Of a stretch of DNA of 64,000 nt, positions 57,445-64,000 are shown one piece after another. Numbering within the stretch: the first letter of the stretch is position 1; each line of letters begins with the position of its first letter. The DNA comes from Candidatus Falkowbacteria bacterium (GTDB lineage: Bacteria; Patescibacteriota; Patescibacteriia; UBA11705; JABHMO01): contig JABHMO010000043.1 of assembly GCA_018693855.1 (NCBI GenBank), positions 4,450 through 68,449 on the forward strand, read 5' to 3'. The position numbers and the translations under genes were made by a program. A model generated the notes under the pieces. It had not been told where the DNA came from, searched no databases, and saw only the letters and a list, made by a program, of their open reading frames with translations.

Positions 57445-57822
57445 ATGTCGCAGTTTGACCAGCCCCCCCAAGAGCCAACAGTAGAACAACTTATCGATCA
57501 ATTAAAAAAAGAAGCTCACTTAGCTTATCTAAAAAGCATGGAACTTGAAGATAAAAGTGGGTTGCTTGAAAAAGGTGTTTCGCCTGAAGAATTTGAAGCT
57601 TCGGAAAAAGCCTTTAAGGAACTAGGATTCAACATTGGAGACAGGGTCGAATTTAAATGTACGGGACAAACTCATGATGAATGGGTGGAAGGTGATATTA
57701 TGGCCTTTTCTGTTCATGAAGATGATCGTAAATCAAAAGTTTTAATATATGATAACTCAGGGGGCAGAGGATACTCAGACATTGACTTAATGGATGCTAA
57801 ACATAATATTAAAAAAGTATAA
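57445..57822 (+). CDS. Hypothetical acidic protein (125 aa) inside the repeat-bracketed cassette
   Basis: MSQFDQPPQEPTVEQLIDQLKKEAHLAYL.... No SD. Followed by a strong terminator at 57832-57878. Confidence 0.4.
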   Translation: MSQFDQPPQEPTVEQLIDQLKKEAHLAYLKSMELEDKSGLLEKGVSPEEFEASEKAFKELGFNIGDRVEFKCTGQTHDEWVEGDIMAFSVHEDDRKSKVLIYDNSGGRGYSDIDLMDAKHNIKKV

Positions 57823-57831
57823 AATTACTAA

Positions 57832-57878
57832 AAACGCTCCAAACGGGATTAATGATCTTGTATGGAGCGTTTTATTTT
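57832..57878 (+). terminator. Rho-independent terminator
   Basis: aacgctcca-N21-tggagcgtt followed by TTATTTT. Confidence 0.6.
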
Positions 57879-57967
57879 ACTTAATTTCATCCTAAATATC
57901 ATTAACAACAATAATTCTCATTTTTTATTAAGACTATAATGTTAAAAATGCAGAAAGAACCGACGAA

Positions 57968-58058
57968 ATATTTGATATTTTAATGGGCGCAGAAGTTGCA
58001 CCAAGAAAGAGGTTTATTCAGACGCATGCGAAGAGTGCTAATTTGGACATTTAGTCAC
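57968..58058 (+). repeat. Direct repeat copy 2: displaced gyrB 3' end encoding a mini-ORF (MLKNAERTDEIFDILMGAEVAPRKRFIQTHAKSANLDI)
   Basis: Weaker similarity extends upstream: MLKN/AERTDE here versus MLKK..EKAD in gyrB. It ends with TAG. Confidence 0.7.
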
Positions 58059-58145
58059 GTAACACATAACACGTAGCACGTAACAAAACACAAAATTATC
58101 AATAAAAAATCACCGACAAGTTTGCGCGGTGGTTTTTTGGATGTT

Positions 58146-58667
58146 TTAACCTGTTGAGATTCGGTCAGGCTTTTTGTATTCTTGACAGTCAGGACAGTTT
58201 AAACACTCTGATGGAGTAAAGTCTTGTCCGAGCTGTGAGTAAATGCTTTGAGAGATTTCTCTTTCGTAGCGCAAACAGTAGTAACGCACAATTGGCTTTA
58301 GCCAATACTGTCCTTGAATAATTTTCGCAATCAATGAATCAAGGTCATCGACATTAATAGTAATGAATCGAGTTTTTGAAAGAAGTAAAAGATGACTTCC
58401 AGATGGATAAGACCTCATCGAAAATGGAAGTTCAATGTGTCTTTCGCTAACAATGCCTTCTTCCTCACTATAAGGATTAGCATCAAATACCTCTTCTTCT
58501 AAAACAAAATCGCGTGCAATGTACACATTTTTTTCATCAATAAACAGTATCAACATTTTCTGTTCGGGCAAATAGTAACCAGAAATGAATTTTGCCACGA
58601 CAGTAGTAGAAAAAAGGTTAAACAGCTGTATCCTTTCCAATTTAAATTCTAGTTCAATCATCTGCAT
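58146..58667 (-). CDS. Hypothetical protein with a C-terminal CxxC...CxxC motif
   Basis: AAGGAGGA SD plus ATG at 58667 (MQMIELEF...). ...CLNCPDCQEYKK. 173 aa. GC is ~42%. Confidence 0.45.
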   Translation of the reverse strand: MQMIELEFKLERIQLFNLFSTTVVAKFISGYYLPEQKMLILFIDEKNVYIARDFVLEEEVFDANPYSEEEGIVSERHIELPFSMRSYPSGSHLLLLSKTRFITINVDDLDSLIAKIIQGQYWLKPIVRYYCLRYEREISQSIYSQLGQDFTPSECLNCPDCQEYKKPDRISTG

Positions 58668-58803
58668 GATGTCCTCCTTGTCAATCAAAACATCTAACTA
58701 CAGCTTATCAAATCCAAAAATTGCAGGCAAGTGTAATTTAAAATAAAAACCGCCACGCGAATGCGCGTGGCGATGAGACGTGCGAGCCTGACTCAACTTT
58801 TTT

Positions 58804-58980
58804 CGTAGAAAACAGTGTGATAGATGGTTCCACCTGGAAGAAGAATCTGCGATGAATCAACCACCTTAAAGGTCGGGTTATCGGCAAGCCATTCATTCAA
58901 CCTCTTTTCAATCGAGTTTGCCAAGTGCGGATCATTCGTGGAAAAATAGAAAACCTTCGCAGCTTGCATGTCTGATTCTC
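58804..58980 (-). CDS. Small ORF (58 aa) with an SD, its own promoter and terminator
   Basis: AAGGAGA plus ATG gives MQAAKVFYFSTNDPHLANSIEKRLNEWLADNPTFKVVDSSQILLPGGTIYHTVFYEKS. A TTGACT-17-TAATAT promoter lies upstream. A hairpin CGCCACGCG-AAT-GCGCGTGGCG with a T-run lies downstream (58750-58778). Confidence 0.35.
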
Positions 58981-59298
58981 CTTCAGTTGAATTGTCCAGC
59001 GAACAGTAGTCATTAACAAATATTACTAAAAATCAAGCAATTAGTCAATCGTTACCATGCTTTACGTCTAATTTTAGCCAAAACAATGTGCTATACTACT
59101 TTTTACTTTCTACTTTCCACTTTCCACCGACTTACCTATTGCCTTTTTCATTAATTTATACTATAATAACTTCAGATGGCCCAAGAGGGCTTTTTAAGAT
59201 ACGAATGAATACAAATTACGAATTTTATACAAATATACAAATGTACTAAGATAAGCTTAATAAATCCATTTGTAAATTTGTAACTGATTTGTAGTTTT

Positions 59299-59502
59299 GT
59301 GTTCAATAATATGAATATCAAAGAAAACAAATTAGTCACTTACTTAATTGAATCAAAAGCTGAATTAAAAAAAGTAAGTTGGCCAACAAAAAAAGAGACT
59401 ATTAAATACACAATTACAATTGTTGCAATTAGTGCGTTTGTTGCAGTCTTTTTCGGAATTCTAAACTTTATTTTCACAAAATTACTGGCAACAGTAATCT
59501 AA
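59299..59502 (+). CDS. secE: Preprotein translocase subunit SecE
   Basis: LKKVSWPTKKETIKYTITIVAISAFVAVFFGILNFIF, a single C-terminal TM segment. It lies upstream of nusG. The start could be ATG 59299 or 59311. Confidence 0.8.
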   Translation: MFNNMNIKENKLVTYLIESKAELKKVSWPTKKETIKYTITIVAISAFVAVFFGILNFIFTKLLATVI

Positions 59503-59579
59503 TATTTAAATGTTCTTTTCTTGAGTTAAAAAGTGATAAGTAACTACTTACTACTTTCTACTCACTACTTTACTAGAAT

Positions 59580-60125
59580 ATGCCAAAACAAGACACTTCT
59601 CGAGGGAAAAGATGGTACGTTATTCACACATACAGTGGATACGAAGAAAATGTAACTGAAAATCTAAAACAAAGAATCGAATCAATGGACATGGAAGACA
59701 AGATTTTCAACATCATGGTTCCTACAGAGAAAAAAATCAAAATCAAAAACGGAAAACGTAACATCATTACCGAAAAAATCTTTCCTGGATATGTTTTCGT
59801 TGAAATGTCTGTGACTGACGATTCATGGTACGTTGTACGAAACACTCCAAATGTAACTGGTTTTATCGGCACAGGAACAATCCCAACACCAGTTAGTGAT
59901 GCTGAGATCAAATCATTACAGAAAAGAATGGGTGTTGAAGAACCAAAATACTCAATTGACGTTGAAGTTGACAGTTCTGTTAAAATCATTGACGGACCAT
60001 TCAAAAACTTTGAAGGTAAAGTTTCAGACGTTGATGAAGAAAGAGGAAAAATCAAAGTACTTGTTTCAATGTTCGGCAGAGAAACTCCAGTTGAATTAGA
60101 TTATTTACAAATCACACAGATGTAA
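59580..60125 (+). CDS. nusG: Transcription termination/antitermination factor NusG
   Basis: KRWYVIHTYSGYEENV, an NGN domain, and a C-terminal KOW domain (IDGPFKNFEGKVSDVDEERGKIKVLVSMFGRETPVEL). Confidence 0.9.
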   Translation: MPKQDTSRGKRWYVIHTYSGYEENVTENLKQRIESMDMEDKIFNIMVPTEKKIKIKNGKRNIITEKIFPGYVFVEMSVTDDSWYVVRNTPNVTGFIGTGTIPTPVSDAEIKSLQKRMGVEEPKYSIDVEVDSSVKIIDGPFKNFEGKVSDVDEERGKIKVLVSMFGRETPVELDYLQITQM

Positions 60126-60186
60126 TAGTAAATAGAAGTAAATCGAAGTGAATCGAAGCGAGTCGAAGTAAATATAGTGAATATAG
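60126..60186. repeat. Decamer tandem array, family R10, locus 5
   Basis: agtaaa tagaagtaaa tcgaagtgaa tcgaagcgag tcgaagtaaa tatagtgaa. Confidence 0.7.
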
Positions 60187-60326
60187 CCTGTCTGCCGTAG
60201 TTTTATAACGTAGGCAGATAAATTTAGCAGGTTTGGAATAACTTAATTACCAATCATGTAATATTTACAATTAACCAGTTGCTAGGATTTCGATAATGCA
60301 ATCGGATACCCTAGCGCTAAAAATGT

Positions 60327-60749
60327 ATGGCAAAGAAAGAACTAACTAAGATTAAATTGCAAATTCCTGCTGGGAAAGCAACACCTGCTCCTCCAGTTGG
60401 ACCAGCTCTTGGACAACATGGTCTAGACATTCAAAATTTTTGTAACCAGTTTAACGACGCTACAAAAGATAGAATGGGAGATGTTGTTCCAACAATTATT
60501 ACAGTTTACGAAGATCGAAGCTTTGATTTCGTAACAAAAACTCCTCCAGCTTCAGCGCTAATCATTAAAGCCGCTGGATTGAAAAAAGGATCAGGAAAAC
60601 CAAACACAGAAACAGCTGGAAGTATTACAAAAGATCAACTTCGACAGATCGCAGAAGTAAAACTGCCTGATCTAAACACAAACGATGTTGAACAAGCAAT
60701 GAAAATCGTAGCTGGGACAGCACGACAATCTGGAGTTAAAATTAAATAA
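60327..60749 (+). CDS. rplK: Ribosomal protein uL11
   Basis: [32 protein letters not shown], a canonical L11. Confidence 0.95.
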   Translation: MAKKELTKIKLQIPAGKATPAPPVGPALGQHGLDIQNFCNQFNDATKDRMGDVVPTIITVYEDRSFDFVTKTPPASALIIKAAGLKKGSGKPNTETAGSITKDQLRQIAEVKLPDLNTNDVEQAMKIVAGTARQSGVKIK

Positions 60750-60883
60750 TTAACAATAAATAAATTGTGGGAGTTATTTTCATCAGAAAGTAACGCCTGA
60801 ACCACGATCCACATAAACTTAATATCTTCAAATATTAAAAAAATGGGTCGTATAGATCCATTTTTTATTTATACTATAAAAAT

Positions 60884-61558
60884 ATGACAAAAAGAATCAA
60901 CAAACTAAAAACATTTATTGACCAAAAAAAAGTTTATCCAATTGCTGAAGCAATTGAACTTGTAAAGAAAACAGGAAAAAAGAAATTTGATGAAACAGTT
61001 GAACTTCATGCTCGACTTGGAATCGATCCTAAAAAAGGTGACCAACAAGTTCGTGGAACAGTTGTTCTACCTCATTCATTTGGAAAAAGCAAAGTAGTTG
61101 CTGCTTTTGTTCCACAAGAACAAGAAAAAGAAGCAAAAGAAGCTGGTGCTGATGTTATCTATACTGAAGACAACCTAAAAGAGTTTCAAAAATCAGGAAA
61201 GATCAATTTTGAGATTGCTGTTTCAGTTCCAAAAATGATGAAGAACCTTGCTCCACTTGCAAAAACACTTGGACCAAAGGGATTAATGCCTTCACCAAAA
61301 AACGAAACTATTACTCAGGATTTGAAAAAGACTATCAGTGAACTTAAAAAAGGTAAGATCGCATTCAAAAATGATGATTCTGCAAATATTCACCAAGGAC
61401 TTGGTAAGGTCAGTACTGAAGACAAAGCTCTGATTGAAAACTTCGAAACATTCATCAAAGCCCTATCTGACTCAAAACCAGAATCAAGCAAAGGTGTCTT
61501 TATCAAAGGAATTACAATCTGTTCTACTATGGGACCTGGTGTTAAGGTTGAGGTGTAA
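60884..61558 (+). CDS. rplA: Ribosomal protein uL1
   Basis: FDETVELHARLGIDPKKGDQQVRGTVVLPH...LGPKGLMPSPK. Confidence 0.95.
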   Translation: MTKRINKLKTFIDQKKVYPIAEAIELVKKTGKKKFDETVELHARLGIDPKKGDQQVRGTVVLPHSFGKSKVVAAFVPQEQEKEAKEAGADVIYTEDNLKEFQKSGKINFEIAVSVPKMMKNLAPLAKTLGPKGLMPSPKNETITQDLKKTISELKKGKIAFKNDDSANIHQGLGKVSTEDKALIENFETFIKALSDSKPESSKGVFIKGITICSTMGPGVKVEV

Positions 61559-61612
61559 GCACATTTGACGTTTAACCTTTGACATTTGACTCAATAGTAA
61601 ATAATCATTCTT

Positions 61613-61697
61613 ACTAACCGAGGATGCGAATCCTCGGTTAGTAGAAAACTCATAAGAAAATAATCGCAAACTTAGTGTTTGCGGTTATTTTTGTTTA
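61613..61697 (+). terminator. Two tandem hairpins after rplA; the second is a rho-independent terminator
   Basis: ctaaccgagga-tgcgaa-tcctcggttag, then atcgcaaac-ttagtg-tttgcggtt followed by ATTTTTGTTT. Confidence 0.55.
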
Positions 61698-61736
61698 CGG
61701 ATTTTACCTAAGATTACAGCAATACCAGCATCGAGC

Positions 61737-61765
61737 TTGACAAATTATGAAAAATATGATACAAT
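61737..61765 (+). promoter_or_regulatory. Consensus promoter TTGACA-17-TACAAT
   Basis: ttgacaaattatgaaaaatatgatacaat, with the same extended TTGACAAATTAT -35 motif seen at other loci. It lies ~75 nt upstream of the GC-rich ORF start. Confidence 0.5.
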
Positions 61766-61838
61766 CTTATTGTAATGCAAATCTGCATTGCGCTTCAAAA
61801 AAGCCGGGGTATACCACCCCTCACTTAGGAGGTGTAAA

Positions 61839-62315
61839 ATGGTAAAATCCTTAAAAGCTATCCTCGCGTCCTTTCCCTCCACGTGCATCGAGAAGGTTCG
61901 CCTGATCAAGCATGCGGAATTCAAGGACATGAACGACCTCGACGAGGCCGTCAACGAGATTGCTTGGGCAGAGGGAGTCGACAACGTAAACGTTCGTCGG
62001 CTTCTGGACGCCTTCTGGGCCAGTGTCGCGGGGGTGGAGATCGTCACGATCTTCGTGAACGACAAAGAGTGGCTCTCGGGAAAGACCGAGTGCTTCGACT
62101 GGCGATACGGAACCCAGATCATCCCACGAGGTTCGTGGGCGATTGGATTCTTCGTCAGAGGGAACGCGGCCAGCCTGGCCGCGCCGGAACTGACCGAATC
62201 CAGAAAACAAGCGCTCCACAACGTCCTTCAGGACGCACTGGAGCACGTCGGTGCGTTTAACACCGACGTCGAAGAACTCATTGAAAGGCAAGTGCTGCCA
62301 ATCGAAGAGTTCTAG
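61839..62315 (+). CDS. GC-rich hypothetical protein (158 aa)
   Basis: GGAGG SD plus ATG at 61839. GC is ~55%. The region has multiple overlapping spurious ORFs on both strands, which is typical of high-GC DNA. No recognisable motif. Confidence 0.5.
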   Translation: MVKSLKAILASFPSTCIEKVRLIKHAEFKDMNDLDEAVNEIAWAEGVDNVNVRRLLDAFWASVAGVEIVTIFVNDKEWLSGKTECFDWRYGTQIIPRGSWAIGFFVRGNAASLAAPELTESRKQALHNVLQDALEHVGAFNTDVEELIERQVLPIEEF

Positions 62316-62621
62316 CCCCCCAACAACAGATAGACGGAACCACTCACCTGGTTCCGTCTTCGCTTTTTAAAAATTAAATCTTAGATTTACTAATTTTAGC
62401 CAAATCCCCTGTGCGTAACTCACTTTGCGTTACTGGGTTTGTTTTGGTAAAATGAATAAGAAATACAGTAGAGAGAAGTTTGAAGATAGTTAAGAAGATT
62501 GAAAATAGAAAATAGATTCATGTTATTTCTAACTTCCAGCCTCAATCTTCCTAACCATCCTCAATCTTCCCCTTTCTAAAATTTCGTTTAAACAAGAACA
62601 AACATAAAAAATTATCGAACT

Positions 62622-63131
62622 ATGTTAACACGACTAATCATGGTAATGACCGCTGATGGTGTGATTGCAAAAGGATCAGATCATAATCCAATGGATTGGA
62701 CATCAGCTGAAGATAAAGCTCATTTTAAAGAAGTGAGTAAGGATTTTGGTGTGATGATAATGGGACAAAGTAGTTATGATGCAATTGGTTCTCCCCTACC
62801 TGGCCGACTAAACATTGTATTAACAAAAGAAAAAAGAACTGATCAACCTGGATTACTTGAACATAAACAAGGCGATATAAAAGTTATTCTTCAAGAATTA
62901 GAAAAAAGAGGTCACGATAAAGTTTTAATCTGTGGCGGTACTTTTGTAAACTCATTATTTCTGCAGGAAAACTTAATCGATGAAATCCAAATCTCAATCG
63001 AACCAAAACTTTTTGGTTCAGGTCTTCGATTGTTTGATAAGATTGATATAAACACTGATTTGCACCTAATTAAAATAAATAAACTCAACAATAATACAAT
63101 TAACTTATTATATAAAGTCATTAAAAAGTAA
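62622..63131 (+). CDS. RibD C-terminal domain / dihydrofolate-reductase-like reductase
   Basis: LIMVMTADGVIAKGS...W....D..HF...........IMG..SY......PLPGR.NIVL..........LICGGTFVNSLFLQENLIDEIQISIEPKLFGSG, the PF01872-like pattern. Confidence 0.65.
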   Translation: MLTRLIMVMTADGVIAKGSDHNPMDWTSAEDKAHFKEVSKDFGVMIMGQSSYDAIGSPLPGRLNIVLTKEKRTDQPGLLEHKQGDIKVILQELEKRGHDKVLICGGTFVNSLFLQENLIDEIQISIEPKLFGSGLRLFDKIDINTDLHLIKINKLNNNTINLLYKVIKK

Positions 63132-63246
63132 GAGCTATTAAGACTTGCTATATTTACTATATTTACCATATTCACTAAATTCACTACTCTATGCCTGTCA
63201 ATCTACAAAACCCAAATCAAACAGACTTAGCTGGGACGAAACTTTT

Positions 63247-64000
63247 ATGAACCTAGCTTTTTTAACTTCAAAAAGATCGTCTTGTAAATTTCATGAAACA
63301 GGCGCTGTCTTTGTTGATAAAAATAAGAGAATCATCTCAATCGGATACAATGGTTCAACTGCTGGGGATCTTCACTGTTTAGAAAAAGGTTGTGCAAAAG
63401 TTGACGGCGATCCAATTAGCGGCCAATTAAAAAGATGTCGCGGTGCACACGCGGAAATTAACGCCATTATTAACGTACAAGATTCAACAAGATTAAGAGA
63501 AGCTACTCTGTACACAGTTGTATTTCCTTGCTATGACTGCATGAAAGCTTTGAATAATGCTGGGATAAAAGAGATTGTTTACAATGAAATCTATACAAGA
63601 ATTCAAACTGGCGGAGAGAAGACTGAAGAGGAGAATGAAGCATGGGAATTGGCTAGACAACAAGGAATTGTGGTTCGACAGTACAGTGGTGAGAATTTTT
63701 ATGAAGAGAAAATGAATAGAATAAACCTTTCAGTTGATATGGAAAAAACAGTTCAACCGACTAGTCATCGAATTGGAGTAACAGGATTTATTTATAATCA
63801 AGATAAGGTTTTAATCGTAAAACGATCAGACACTGAATCATTCCTGCCAGGTTTCTATGAATTAGTTGGTGGAAAGATTGAGATGAATGAAACATTAGAA
63901 AAAGGTCTTGAAAGAGAAATTTTCGAAGAAACAAATTTAACAGTACAAATTACAAAACCGTTCTCTGCGTTTGGGTATAGCACTGAGCAGGCAAACACTG
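63247..64000 (+). CDS. dCMP/cytidylate deaminase domain fused to a NUDIX hydrolase domain (3' partial; runs off the window end)
   Basis: Zinc-binding deaminase motifs HAEINAI and PCYDCMK with an extra Cys cluster (LHCLEKGC...C), typical of dCMP deaminase. This is followed by a Nudix box GGKIEMNETLEKGLEREIFEETNL. Confidence 0.7.
   Translation, partial: MNLAFLTSKRSSCKFHETGAVFVDKNKRIISIGYNGSTAGDLHCLEKGCAKVDGDPISGQLKRCRGAHAEINAIINVQDSTRLREATLYTVVFPCYDCMKALNNAGIKEIVYNEIYTRIQTGGEKTEEENEAWELARQQGIVVRQYSGENFYEEKMNRINLSVDMEKTVQPTSHRIGVTGFIYNQDKVLIVKRSDTESFLPGFYELVGGKIEMNETLEKGLEREIFEETNLTVQITKPFSAFGYSTEQANT

Overview
This window reads as an AT-rich (~33-38% GC), Shine-Dalgarno-poor bacterial chromosome segment with a reduced gene set, resembling CPR/Patescibacteria. 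Housekeeping genes: smpB followed by a tmRNA gene; infC-rpmI-rplT; tRNA-Asp; rpmE; prfA-prmC; an ABC-F ATPase; rplY; a SEDS (RodA/FtsW) gene; lgt; gyrB; secE-nusG-rplK-rplA. Accessory content: (i) an ~11.5-kb GC-rich (~58%) island (3385-14900) of eight minus-strand genes for Cys-rich MopE-type repeat lipoproteins and secreted coiled-coil proteins. Each has a strong SD but is driven by AT-rich consensus TTGACA-N17-TATAAT promoters, and the island splits a polysaccharide-biosynthesis locus (glycosyltransferase-methyltransferase-O-antigen-ligase | island | Wzz-like). (ii) Five or more further small GC-rich, SD-bearing minigenes dispersed through the AT-rich backbone, each with its own consensus promoter. 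(iii) A 10.2-kb gene for a 3391-aa surface protein. (iv) A HlyD/ABC-ATPase/FtsX-permease efflux operon, with a four-helix-bundle (Avd/23S-IVS-type) gene flanked by inverted GTTAACC repeats lying between two permease paralogs. (v) An ~86-bp direct duplication of the gyrB 3' coding end bracketing a 690-bp cassette, with an in-frame TAG 26 codons before the conserved GyrB C-terminus. (vi) Many distinct families of short tandem or palindromic intergenic repeats (decamer TCGRRGTRAA arrays, heptad CACGTAR arrays, CATTTGAC, GTTAACC, CGAGGCTA, CCGGAGTT hairpins). No CRISPR array, reverse transcriptase, transposase or integrase gene is visible.
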